Shown here: positions 12,299-26,831 of the stretch, in pieces
How the letters are laid out: each line of letters starts with the position of its first letter
Numbering within the stretch: position 1 is the stretch's first letter
The notes under the pieces: model-generated
What the model was told of the DNA's origin: nothing
Seen by the model: the letters and a program-made list of their open reading frames with translations, nothing else
Database searches by the model: none
NCBI GenBank assembly: GCA_951406725.2
Contig: OX597819.1
Location: forward strand, 26,102,001-26,166,000
Direction: 5' to 3'
Length of the DNA stretch: 64,000 bases
Origin: Octopus vulgaris
Lineage: Eukaryota
Program-made: the position numbers and the translations under genes

Positions 12299-15200
12299 TA
12301 GTAACCTTAATAATTATTGAATTTCAAATGGTAGAATCTCGTATTTCGTTTCGTTCTTCAGAATATTTGCGATCGCATTTGTTCATACGTGTGTTTGCGT
12401 AAATCACCTCAGTAGTGTATATGCCGATTCAGTTTACAGTTAGCTTGTGATTACGTGGAAGTTCAGTATATATTTTGGATTAGTGAGAATCGAAAGGAAA
12501 TCTTAAGTTGTCGACAATGTAGTGACAATCGGAGCCTGTTTATTAATTTCGCTCTCCCCAAGAACGAACATTCTAACGTTGTTTCTATTCAACGAATGAT
12601 GGAGAAAATTTTAATTTGTTGTTCTTCCCGTTGCCTGGAATGTATAAGGAAGGGGAGGATACGATGAAACTTTATTGTTAAGGTTTCCACTCTTCACAGT
12701 AATCAAATTTATCTACATTCTCTAAACATTGTTAACGATTGCTAATGATGCGTATCGTCTTTCATTTCCCCAAACTTTGGCATCATCCTGGCTATCTTAT
12801 TAACACCAGGTCTTAACACAAGATGATACCTCTCAATATACAGTATACCACCCTTCAAGATATTAGGTGCTAGCCATAGTTAAGTAAAGTATAACAATTT
12901 TAATTATATATATATTATTGAGTCAAACATGGGAAGAAATGTAGGTTCCTATTAAATCGAGAAAACTTTGTTTTTTCTGACTTCCATTTAAAACTAATTC
13001 ATTGCGAGTTTCTTGCGTATTGCATTTGGAGAAATAGAGTGTGAGTCGAATTTACTTAGTTACAGTCTGTGAGTTATTTCCATTTCTTCACAGTCGACTC
13101 TAGTTTCATCAAATAGAAGAAAAACTCGAGCCAAGTACTTAATTGTATATTTCATCTACATATATGCAAAATTGCACTAAATTAAGATATTTATATAGTC
13201 AGATCGATGGACGAAATTTTCTCAATTATATTTGACGCTTATTTCTAGACTCGGAGAAAGTTTCCCTGTAAGACCGCTATCATTACTTTCTCTATGTTTT
13301 GAATCAAGCCGTAGATACACGACTATTATAAAAGTTACTCTAAAAGTTGTTAGTGACATCGACCTTAGTCATATACAGAGATAGTAAATTAATTTACCTT
13401 TGAGTTTGTCGATAGAAGTTATAATTAATTTATCGACCCATGCACACAATTGGTATTTAGCGTATCGAACCGCTGTGGTCAAACAAGACTCTGCTCTAAG
13501 AGGAATATGAACATTCATCAACATTGATGAAACCAAATATTGTTAACTATTTAGTATAGTCACTTAAGAGATACAAAAACAAATAAATCTCTGTGACGAT
13601 ATGATTTTTGTGGGCATAAAATTAGATATCTATAGAAAGAGGTATACAGTTATATGGCCTTTGCAGCAAAATGTATGTAAAAATTGCTTATGCTTTATTG
13701 TATGGCGGTTACCAGATTAGTTACGTAATTGTGAAAAGTAATTAGAGAAGAAAGTACTCGAAAAGAAACGAGTCAGTTATTAGCTAATGAACTGCAATTT
13801 ATTTTATAAACGAGAATAAAATGTATTCTGAAACAGGTCGAAAGAGGAAAACTGTGATAGTTCTAAATAAGAACTATTTTTTGCATTTGTGCACCTATAA
13901 AGAGTAAGACAGTTATATAAAATCCTTGCATTTATGGAGCTATAAAGAATAAAACGTTTATATAAAAGGGTAGGTGTTAAAAATAAAATTACCAAACGAT
14001 TCATTCCAATATATCATTTTCCCGAATATAATTTGAGCAGAAGTATTCACCCCAGATAAGTTTGAAGGTTTGCTGGTAAAGAACGTACTGAATTATATTA
14101 AAACTTTCACATTCGCTATATCTTTTTTGACTCGTGTATATCGGAACGTTAGTGCAACATAAAGTTCTCCCATGGAAAATGTTCATTTATTAAAAGCAAG
14201 GGGAAGGGAACCACTAGCAAGTATCTTGCAATGAGGCAATACAATTTCAGCATTACAAAAGACAGTGACAATTGTGTTTTGTCAAGTATTCAATGTAAAT
14301 ATCGATTAATTATTCATATGCGCACACGTTTATGTATATAAATCCTTGCAGCTTCATTAATCTGCTTTTCATACCAGCTCAAATTGTCGATTACCCTTCA
14401 CAATAGTGCATATTATTGAGTTACGGTGTGTATATATGTGGGTAAATATTAGAATGTAGTTAGCGTGCGAAGAGTTGGGCGAGAAAGACATATCAAATGT
14501 CTGTTGCACGCGGGTTTATAAATGCGTGTGTTTCTATCAGGATCGCACACCCAATACCATTTATGATTCTTGCTTTCCTTCCATTATTTATTAGATACAC
14601 TTCCTATACATATTAAATTTCTTAAACACAATCACATTTAATATTGTGGGCTTGCTCATATTACCGGTTGCTCATTCAGATAAAGTATATCATCCCGTGA
14701 TTTCAATTCTATCTAAGCAATTACACTTTGGCTATCAAAATGTTTATTTCATTTGAGATACTTTCTGGATTCTGATGCCTACACGAACCAATCATTCTCT
14801 TCATTTTCCGTGCACAGATTAAATAATAATTAACCCATACTCAGCATTGAATAATTTCAATAAATAAATAATGATAGCTTGATATATACCCCGTCACACG
14901 ATATTAATTTTAACAATTCATTCATGATCCATATGTTTAAGAAAATACGATTTTGAAATATAAGAGTAATTACTAAATATCATTTAGAAATACTATTATA
15001 AATAGCAAGTTCCATAAAGCAAACCCACGTTCTCATCTGCAATGATATAGTTTAAATAACAATATAAGAACTCCATAAATACAAAACAAAATCTTATATT
15101 ATCTTTTAGCCTAATTTCATTCGCAAACATTATCTCTAAAAAAGCGCCGGAAGTAACTCCAGGATAAACCAGTTTGAGATAACTACAATGTAAATCATAA

Positions 15201-15771
15201 ACAAATCAAGAATTCTACTTTGTGTGAAATTTATTTCATGCTGAAAATATTATTTAGGGAAATGTTTGCAAATAATGTTTAGGAATCGCTTGAAAATAAC
15301 CGGTGAGGGAGTACTTACATCGAAAATAAATAAAAAAAAAAAGGCCTAAATCCTTTTAGCGTTTGTTACATATAAATATATTATGCGGCTTCACTAGCGG
15401 AATTAATGTGTTGCGTGGTGCAACCTACATACATAAAATTCTAATGCATGTGTTTCCATATATGAAATGTAGAAAAAGGGAATATATATATATATATGCA
15501 CAATTGTCGAAAAAACAGCTTCATATAAATAGTGGGGAAAACCAGCCGAACCAGGAAATATTTTGGTCGTTCATGAAATAAACACGTAGTATCAACGATT
15601 ACGAAATACAATTTAAACTTCTGATTGTATAGAGTTAGCTGTATTTTCGCAGTTTTAAGCGAATTTCCTCCTTTTAAGATGATTTCATTGTATTAGAACT
15701 ACGATTAGAATTGTTCAGACTATTAGCGTCATTTTTAAGGTAAATTATTTTTTATATTTACATCTACAATA

Positions 15772-16168
15772 AGGCGGCGAGCCGGCAGAAACGTTAGCAC
15801 GCCGGGCGAAATGCTTAGCGGTATTTCGTCTGCCGTTACGTTTTGAGTTCAAATTCCGTCGAGGTCGACTTTGCCTTTCATCCTTTCGAGGTCGATAAAT
15901 TAAGAACCAGTTACGCACTGGAGTCGATATAATCGACTTAATCCGTTTGTCTGTCCTTGCTGTCCCCTCTGTGATTAGCCCCTTGTGGGTAGTAAAGAAA
16001 TAGGATTTCGTTCGCTCTTTCGTACTGAGTTCAAATACCCCTGAGGTCGACATTGTTTTTATCCTATCGCGAGCGACAATTTAGGAACCAACCGAGCACT
16101 GGGATCGATGAAATCGATTTACCCCTCCCTCGGAAATTGCTGGCCTTGTGCCAAATCTGAAATTAATG
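15772..16168 (+). mobile_element. Family C SINE composite with a 15-bp TSD around the whole unit
   Basis: tttacatctacaata at 15757-15771 and 16169-16183. Internal junction gaaatagg|atttcg at about 16003. Confidence 0.85.
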
Positions 16169-16914
16169 TTTACATCTACAATACATTTTGACCAATTTGA
16201 TCTGCAATATTCATCAGGTAGTTTATTGCCGATGGTTTATTGTCCATAAGGCAACAGAATCTAGTCCAGGAAGAGATTTTAATATTCAAAGTAAGGAACG
16301 ATGATATAATAGAATAGAGTTTACCATAAACTTTTTAACCTTATGAACAGCAATTCATCTGAGTTTTAGGCATTCAATGTAATATAGTATTTGGCACGTC
16401 TTATAGTTGACTTCCACTGCTCGAATATTGACTAAATTATAAACTTTCTTTGTATTTGACATAACAACATAACTTGCGTAGAAAGTTCTAAAAGAATTGC
16501 TGAATAAAAGTAAATCTGTCCAAATCTGGTGTTTACGAGAATCATTCTATAACTCTTACAATAATCGGAAATTAATAATCTGCTATATTTCACAAAAGAA
16601 GAAGTGAAAATACATATTCTGAATTAATACAAGGAATATTGTACAATTGTGTTTCCGACAAATAGCAAATAAACTGATTTCAGCATGTCCACTTGTTTCA
16701 TATCAAATATTCAGAAAGATATGTAATGATAGCAGAAGAATCTCACAAATATGTTTCAACCTTACCTCGGATATGCAACAGGAAAGTCAATCTTTCTTAA
16801 CGTTTTTGAGCTTTCAACTTCCAATTTAACTGTTATGTTTTTTTAATAAAACGTCATCTTTCTACAACATACAATTACATTCATTTATTCTGTCTTTTCT
16901 TCTCTTTGTTTTCC

Positions 16915-16959
<45 letters not shown>

Positions 16960-16994
16960 AGGCTCAAATTTATAAAGCAAAAGAAGTAAGTAAA

Positions 16995-17035
<41 letters not shown>

Positions 17036-17047
17036 ATATATAAGTCG

Positions 17048-17242
17048 CCATGATAGATCGTTAGCCACTACACACATTTTTTCTCTCCTTGTTTCTCTCC
17101 TTGTTTTTTCTGTGTCTCTTCCTTCAGAAGAGCGTAGGCTCGAAACGTAAGAGACGTTTTCCATTCCTGAGCGTTATGCTAATACATCTGTTTGTTTTGT
17201 ACACCACATGTCTTCGTCTTTTGTTTTTTTCGTAAACTCTCA
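17048..17242 (+). mobile_element. Penelope-like terminal repeat fragment with hammerhead-like motif
   Basis: gtctct..cagaagagc-gtag-gctc-gaaa-cg-ta-agagac at 17114-17155. Second copy at 50745-50910. TA-rich flanks. Confidence 0.55.
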
Positions 17243-17254
17243 TATATATGTACG

Positions 17255-18221
17255 CTAGTTGAGGTACCCGGTAATACCTAGAGGCGGAGATAATCACAGT
17301 ACCCATTACAATCCCTAATTTCTCTCAGACGAAAAATGAAACCAAGGCATAAGACAGATAAGAGAAGGAGTAAGCAAATTCACTCACGAAACAATAATAC
17401 AAATAAATACCTGTGAAATCGAAATTGACAATCGTTTGATCAGTGGAAGCTGCAAATGTATAATCAATGGAAACATCAAGAAGCGTATTGTAAAGGAGAG
17501 TTATAAAAAAAAGAACATGAATGTTTGAAAAGTAAACAAAAAAATTATTTTGAGAAAACGCCCATAATTTGACGACTGTATTTCATTGGTATAGTTCCAT
17601 TGATCGTGACAATCAAATATCAATTGAAACGATTAGAATCAACAGTTTTAAGTGCAGTTGTTAAGTAAATACGTGCTACATGTTTTAGCAAAAAAAATTT
17701 AGAATCGATAATTTTAAGTTCAGGTCTTAAGAAAATTCGTTACGTATTTTAGCACACAACGCTGCAACATTTAGAATCGACAATTTTAAGTGCATGTGTT
17801 AAGAAAATACATGTTACAGCAAAAATGAGAATGCTGAAATAATTGTTGAACATTTTAACCCTACAACAATTTAGGCCCAAATTTCGTTAATCAGTTAATC
17901 AAAAATCATCGTACGCTTTGCTTTAGCGGCCTAGGTAAAAATGTGTGTGTTTCAACCCATCCTTAGCGCATATTCCATCTGTGTATAAAATGTCAAGAAA
18001 GGCGGTTGAAAACATTAAAAGTTATGGCAGAAAATATCATTCATTTCAGAATTTGCATTGAAACAACCTTTTGATTTTTGAAAAATCAATGCCGATTAAA
18101 ATTATCGATTTTTTTTGTTTTTAATTCCAAGTCTGTAAGTGGGAATAAGTCCTCCACACATGTCAAGTTTCAGGAAGGTCTGTTGTATAGTTTCGATGGA
18201 GTTAAAATAACATATTCACAA

Positions 18222-18303
<82 letters not shown>
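17255..18303 (-). mobile_element. Non-autonomous Helitron, about 1 kb, with internal minisatellite
   Basis: CTAG at 17255-17258 next to a hairpin remnant; homology to 12058-12298. The far boundary is assumed to lie in the (CA)n run and is uncertain. Confidence 0.6.
17632..17822. repeat. Three diverged tandem units of about 70 bp
   Basis: ttagaatc.a.a.ttttaagt.ca.....taag.aaa recurs at about 17632, 17699 and 17771. Confidence 0.75.
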
Positions 18304-18306
<3 letters not shown>

Positions 18307-19809
18307 TGTCGATAAGAAATCCTGACGTTCTTAAGTAAGTTGAGGTCCACATGAGAATATCCCCTGTCTTAAAAGACTGATATAAGATTCGGAACATTCT
18401 ATAAGAGTTAAGGTTAACACATATCTGAAATTCTATAAGGATAAGCTTAACGCAAATCTGAACTCCAAAAGTATTCATAAGTGAAGAGGGAGTATACTGA
18501 AAAGTTATACCTTGTATATGAGTAATAGTTTGTTTAAATGTCGTTTGATTTTCAGTATGTCTATGGTTATGCATGAAATACTGAACATGAAATACTGAAT
18601 GCTTGAGAAATAAAATGCACTTACCTATTTAAAACCTGAAACGCTGGGGAATGAAATCAAGGAATTGAAACAATGAGTTTTAGAAAATGAAAAAGATTCG
18701 TATTGAAATACAGAATTAGCAAACACAAACATCTGCAATCAGACAGAAATGACCATTTATGTATATAGATAATTTAAATTTCCGACACATACACATATGT
18801 ATACGTACACACATACGTAATACATAGAAAGGCATGCATACATATGCGTGCGCACACACATACACAGATTTATTCTTTACTGTACACCATTTCCACAAAC
18901 AATAAGAGCAGATATATCTTTCATCAGATCTGTTGTTTTCTTCATTACCCTTTCAAGAAAGAAAGTACTGCAAAAGCGAGAATGATAATAATTTTCTTCG
19001 ACATTTATCTTCTATTTAAGACAAAAATTTTATGATTTGAAATATACTCCGAATGAGAGATAAAAGTAGAATCTACTTTGAAATAGAATTATATCCAGAA
19101 TTTTCGTGCATAACTGAGCACATGAAAGGAACCTATAGCATAAGCATGTCGACAAATAGAAACAAATTTTGTGAAAAATTGGAATTAGCGCACTTAAGAG
19201 ATATATTCTAAATGATATATATATATAATCTTTGAAATTTTAGTTCTGTTTATTTTTTGAATAGTAAATTCTTTTTACAGACATCCTTCTTAATTAAAAG
19301 AGTAAAACACACTGCAGTCTGAAAATAGATATAGTTTCACTCATTTTTAGTTTTACCATCACTACTTAAGGAAATAGCATTCACATTCTATCAGTTCTTC
19401 TAATGATTTTGTACAAAGAAAGAGGAAAACACTTTACACATACCTTGGTAGTAAAACATATGAAATTGTTTGCATTTTCAGTTGTTCACATTCAAACTTC
19501 CTTACACCACTACAGTCCACCGAACAATAAGCAATTCAGAAGTTCAATTTATTTTGATAATTGAATCTATAAGATGATTGTTGCTAGGCAGAAGAAAATA
19601 ATTTCACGAAATAAAACATATTGCTATGAATTCGATTAAAAGGTAGCTCGATTTATCTGTTTCGATTATTTGCATTCTGTGCTCACAATTGCAGAAGTCA
19701 TATTTGACATACATTCTTCTAGAATCAACAGAATGATGCACTGGTCAAACACTGAAATCAACTCTTCTATCTCTCTTTCTTGTGTATTTATATATACCCT
19801 TTATATTTA

Positions 19810-20006
19810 GATTGTTTCAATCATTACAACATTCAGTCAAATGAATCGATCCCAATACTAATTTTTTTCTAAGCTTGGTATTTATTCCATAGATTCATTA
19901 TACCGAAACACTAAGTTACTGGGACGTAAACACAACACCGGTTGTCATGCACTATTGGGGGACAATCAGACACACACATAAGTATATACATATAAACATA
20001 CACACA

Positions 20007-20049
<43 letters not shown>

Positions 20050-20232
20050 GCACACACAAATATGCGACAGGCTTCTTTCGGTTTCCGTCAACCAAATCCA
20101 TTCAGAAGGCTTTGGTGAGATCAAGACTTATAGTAGAAAGACGTTTGCCCAAGGTGCCACGCAGTGGGACTGAAGGCGAAACATATGTGATTGGGAACCA
20201 AGCTGGTTCCCACACAGCCACACTTGCGCCTG
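19810..20232 (-). mobile_element. Degenerate family A SINE
   Basis: Diverged but colinear with the reverse complement of family A. Confidence 0.75.
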
Positions 20233-20279
20233 AAGAGCATATATATATATATATATCTTTTGTTATCTTACCGTTTTAT

Positions 20280-20327
<48 letters not shown>

Positions 20328-20377
20328 TAGAAACACCAGCGATAATAATTAATTTTATTTTATCGCATTTTGAATTT

Positions 20378-20432
<55 letters not shown>

Positions 20433-21145
20433 AATATATATACTCACACACACATAAATATGTATATATACATACATATACATAAATAGATATAAATATA
20501 TTTGTATATATATATATATATATTATATACACATGTTTATATAAATGTGTGCGTATGTGTGGCTGGGTGTGTAGGTATGTGTCTGTGTGCGTGTGTAATG
20601 AAACAAATTCCTTTTTCAAATATTTACTTACCACCTACTTAAAAAAAGTTCAGCAGTTTAGAAATATATTCTTGAACACCAAGGATTAGATGTCTAACTC
20701 AATTTTTGTTACCCTGGGGATAAACACTGGTTTCCCCTACCAATTAAGAACATAATGCTTCATTCAATATTCAGCATATAATTTTCAGCCCCAATTTCCT
20801 ATCTACACTTGAACTTGGTTGATATCCTTCTACCTAGTCTCACTCGTTTCTTCTCTTTTCATGTCTGCTGTATCCACATATTAGGTCCTCGACTATCTTT
20901 TTTATATACTCTTCTGATATTTCTTACCGGAAGTTTCACCCTACCTCTGTGTTTCTATGAGATTTTTACTTACAATTCTCCAGAGGGGCAATTAGATGTA
21001 TGGCTATTCATTTATCTCTAACATCGGCACAAACTTTTCTTCAGATAAGTGAACAACGAAATAATTCCATATTTTTTCTGTGGCTAAACCACAATTTGTA
21101 GTATCAATCATGTATTTTCCCGACAGTTAAAAAAGACAGAAAATA

Positions 21146-22431
21146 CGAGAAACGTTCAATAAGTAGTGCCCCTGACCCACTTGCAGTTGTTTGACCTAGC
21201 AGAAATTTTACATGTACAATTATTTATATCTCTATAGATTAAGTGCCAAATTACAGTTCCGAACCAATTGCGGTTTCTGATTTACAGGTGTTTGAACTGA
21301 GTCAAGTGTGAAATAGAGCCTGTTGAGTGTCGAGCAGTGATCCGGTTTTTGTATTTGAAAGGACGCACACCACAGAAGACTTTTGATGAAATGAAAGTAA
21401 CTTATGGTGATGATGCCCCATCATATGACCTTGTAAAACGCTGGCATCGTGAATTCAAACATGGTTGGAACTCTGTGGAAACCGCTCCCAGATCTGGTCG
21501 CCCCACTTCTGCCATTGATGAGGCATATGTCCGTCAATTGAGGCTGCCATTTTGGAAGATCGACGTATAACTATTCGCCGAATAGCCCATGAGGTCAAGA
21601 TTAGTACCGGGTCTGTGGAAACTATCATTCATGAGCATTTGTATATGCAAAAGGTGTCTGCCAGATGGATTCCAAGGTTGCACACACCTTTCCAGAAGCA
21701 AGAGCGCGTCTTGTGCTCGAGGATGAATTTGGAGATGTGCCAAGAAGATGAGTCAAAGTTTTTCAAAAGACTGATTACACAGGATGAAAGCTGGGTCCAT
21801 CACTATGATCCAGAGACCAAGGCTCAGTTAATGCAGTGGAAACACCGTGACTCACCTCCTCCAAAGAAAGCAAGGGTGAAATCCTCCGCTGGCAAGGTCA
21901 TGCTCACAGTCTTCTGGGACCAGGACGGAGTAGTGATGACAGATTTCCTGGTAAAGGGTACCACAATTACAGAGGCCTATTATGCTTCAGTTTTGAGGAA
22001 ATTAAGAGAAGCTATCAAAATCACGGGGCAGGGCAAGATCAGCAAAGCCATCCTACTCCTGTAGGACAACGCTCCGGTCCACAACTCTCGTGTCGCCAGA
22101 TCAGAAGCCCAGGCGTGCGGCTATGAACTCCTCCCTCACCCCCTACTCTCCTGACCTTGCACCCTCTGATTTTCACCTCTTCCCAGCCATGAAGTTGCTT
22201 TTGAAAGGAAAGCGTTTCCCAGATGATGCAGCCTTGAATTCTGAAGTCACGCCGTGGTTGGAGGACCAAGCTGGGGTCTTCTACAAAAACGGTCTCCAGA
22301 GCTGCATCAAACGATCGGAGAAATGCGATAGGGTGGTTCCTATGTAGAAAAAGACTAAGAACTGTGCCAAGTTTCGTAGCTCTACTGCTATGGGAAGTGG
22401 GTCAGTGGCATTACTTATTGAACGCTCCTCG
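21146..22431 (+). mobile_element. Full-length mariner DNA transposon (1,286 bp)
   Basis: Left TIR cgagaaacgttcaataagtagtgcccctgacccac and right TIR gtgggtcagtggcattacttattgaacgctcctcg. TA dinucleotides at 21144-21145 and 22432-22433. Confidence 0.95.
21313..22358 (+). pseudogene. Mariner DD34D transposase pseudogene
   Basis: HTH region (IRFLYLKG...VKRWHREFKHG...PRSGRP), WIPRLH linker, TQDESW, stop-DNAP, YSPDLAPSDFHLF. The presumed start codon reads ATA; at least two frameshifts and one in-frame stop. Confidence 0.95.
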
Positions 22432-22440
22432 TAATGATAT

Positions 22441-22768
22441 CATCAAAAGACTCCGCCGGTTACGACGACGAGGGTCCCAGCTGATTCGATCAACGGAACA
22501 GCTTGCTCGTGAAAGTAACGTGCAAATGGCTGAGCATTCCACAGACACGTGTACCCTTAAGGTAGTTCTCGGGGATAATCAGCGTGACACAGAGAGTGAC
22601 AAGGCTGACCCTTTGAAATACAAGTACAACTCATTTTTGCCAGCTGAGTGGACTGGAGCAACGTGAAATAAAGTGTCTTGCTCAAGGACACAACGCGTCG
22701 CCGGGAATCGAACTCACAACCTTACGATCATGAGCCGAATGCCCTAACCACTAAGCCACGCGCCCTCA
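22441..22768 (-). mobile_element. Family D SINE with 13-bp TSD
   Basis: Three substitutions seen relative to the body of 9465-9792. Direct repeat ctcgtaatgatat at 22428-22440 and 22769-22781. Confidence 0.92.
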
Positions 22769-23300
22769 CTCGTAATGATATATTAAGATATGAACGGCAA
22801 ACGAAAAAAAATGTATGAAAATTTAAACATTTATGAGAAAGATCGAAATAAATCATTTGTGGAATAACTTGAGACCATTTAGTGACATTTCAATATCTTT
22901 AAGAGTGTTCGAAAGCTATAAATCGGAAAAATCTTCATGTATTTTAATTTGTTCAATTTGGTATGAAATAACTTCTTAAATATTTCAATTTTAATATATT
23001 CTAAGAAAAATGTTTCTGTAGTTTCTTCAAGATAATTACTATACTCCCTGATGGAAGTGACAAAGAACCAGTTAGAAGAGAAAAGTAGATGCAACTGAAT
23101 TGAGGGAGAGAAGCTAGAATCTAGAAGGAGAGATGCCAGATTTGAGTAAATATTCTGTTCAAAATTGACAAAGGAATCTGCATTTTGATATAATATATTA
23201 TAATTGGAACATGTGAAAGTTAAGACTGGTTATAGATTTGGTTACGTATATAATTATACATATATTAACATTATTGTCGATATATATATATATATATATA

Positions 23301-23685
<385 letters not shown>

Positions 23686-23686
23686 G

Positions 23687-23870
23687 AGGCGAGCTGGCAG
23701 AATCGTTACCACGCCGGGCTAAACACATAGTAGCATTTCATCCGGCCTTACGGTCTGTGTTTAAATTCTGCCGAGCTCGGCTTTGCCTTTCATCATTTCG
23801 GGGTCGATGAAATAAGTACCAGTTACGTCTAACCACCCCCACCTTCACAATTTCAGGCCCTGTACCTAAG
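23687..23870 (+). mobile_element. Family C SINE, older subfamily
   Basis: gaggcgagctggcagaatcgtt head and central block. Confidence 0.8.
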
Positions 23871-23914
23871 TGCATGTATATGTATGTATATAAATACACA
23901 CTCACACACACACA

Positions 23915-23988
<74 letters not shown>

Positions 23989-24136
23989 AAGGGCATTACC
24001 ATACATGAATGCCTCACGCTACGAGGGACCCTTACAGTCAAAACAACCATAATAAATACATTTTACCGAACTCGAGGGATCTGTGGCTGAATCTGTTATT
24101 AAGATACTCGCTTATATATAATATTCCCTCGCGTTC

Positions 24137-24175
<39 letters not shown>

Positions 24176-24360
24176 CAAATTTGAGATGAAACCACTATTA
24201 GGCAAATCAAACAGGGAAAAACATAAGCCAATACAAAATTAATTTTAAAATGTAAAAGTTAAAAATAAAAATTATTAAAATGTATTGGCTTATGTTTTTC
24301 ACTGACTACTTGATAAAATCTTATAAAGATTTTAACCTAATTTGAAATTTTGTATATATA

Positions 24361-24744
24361 TCTTTATATATAAAAGTCAAGTTGTGTCTGTCTCCTACGA
24401 TTTAGATTCCTAAATACTCCCACATTTTGCGGTGCAGTTTAACCAAAACCGGGTATCTTATAGTCGTGATTCATATCGAGCCCTTCTGGGTATTAGCGCG
24501 CGTCTACGATTTTAAAAAAAATTACCATCATTTTTTTCCATTTTAATGCATTTTTTTCGCTATTATATAAGGGAAGTAACACTCTAAAAATGTCTACGAT
24601 GAGTCAACGATTAAAAAAAAAAATTACCATAAATTTTGTCCATTTTTAATGCATTGTTTTGCTATTTATTGACTATAACTCTCTAAAAATGCTTATATAG
24701 TTATTTCCCTTACAAACCCGAGCAACGCCGGTGAATACTGCTAG
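24361..24744 (+). mobile_element. Non-autonomous Helitron
   Basis: A|TCTTTATATATAAAAG ... cccgagcaacgccgg hairpin ... CTAG|T. Homologous to 11012-11401. Confidence 0.88.
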
Positions 24745-25201
24745 TATATATAAAAATTCTTGAAGTTTTACATAGAAAGTAAAAATTGTTTAAGATTTTC
24801 GTGTACAAATTTCCTTGCAATTTACCTTCATTACAGGCAAGCTATGAGAGAATAAAGAACAGTCTAGAATCATTTCAATTAACTCTATTCATTATCTTCA
24901 TTATGCTTTAAAGAATTACACACCTGCTTACAGTCATATCAATGATCGCATGTTTTCTAAAACATGTTAGTCATTATCTACGTTGTATCTCATTTCATCA
25001 CCATTGTCTAGGAGTATCATCCCTTGTTTAGAGATGTTATTTAATTCCAATATTGTTACTTTGTTCATCAAAATTATGTTAATCTACAATAATAATGAAT
25101 GAGGAATATTATAATTGATTGCTGACTAATTATTGATTGTAAGGTGGTGAGCACGCTGGACGAAACGCATAGCGTATAAAAATATAAATATATATATATA
25201 A

Positions 25202-25294
<93 letters not shown>

Positions 25295-25301
25295 TACATA
25301 T

Positions 25302-25336
<35 letters not shown>

Positions 25337-25337
25337 A

Positions 25338-25429
<92 letters not shown>

Positions 25430-25615
25430 TTTATTTTAAGCAGCAGAAAATTCAACAAAATCTGTTACTCTGAGTTTCTCGTTGCCGTTCATCAGACAGT
25501 TTTTGCTAGAATGGAACATATATATTAATTCAATCTATACTCTTACGAACGCTACACCTTTAAAAAAAAAAAAAAAAAAAAAGTCCATTTCTTTTTAAAG
25601 GTGTAGCGTTTGTAA
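25430..25615 (-). mobile_element. Partial copy of the hammerhead fold-back element at 26385-26748
   Basis: Nearly identical to 26460-26590, plus the loop and the start of the second arm. Confidence 0.8.
25462..25499 (-). ncRNA. Type I hammerhead ribozyme motif
   Basis: Minus strand: ctgt-CTGATGA-a-cg-gcaa-cg-a-GAAA-ctc-a-gag-TA-acag. Stems I and III pair; stem II is short. Confidence 0.65.
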
Positions 25616-25620
25616 ATATG

Positions 25621-25724
<104 letters not shown>

Positions 25725-25785
25725 GTATATATATATATATATATATATGTATACATGTATATATATATGCATATATATTGATATA

Positions 25786-25826
<41 letters not shown>

Positions 25827-26029
25827 ACATGTATATATATATGCATATATATTGATATATATATGTATATATATATGTATATATATATATGTATATATAT
25901 ATGTGTATATATATATGTATCTATATATATATGCGTATACATATATTTACATATACATATATATACATATATATTTAAAGATACATGTATATATATATAT
26001 ATGTATCTATATATATGCATGTATTTATA

Positions 26030-26067
<38 letters not shown>

Positions 26068-26268
26068 TATAAATACATACATATATATATAGATACATAT
26101 ATATATATACACATGTATCTTTAAATATATATGTATATATATGTATATGTAAATATATGTATAGCATATATATATATAGATACATATATATACAATATAT
26201 ATATATACATATATATATATACATATATATATACATATATATATCAATATATATATATATATACATGT

Positions 26269-26831
<563 letters not shown>

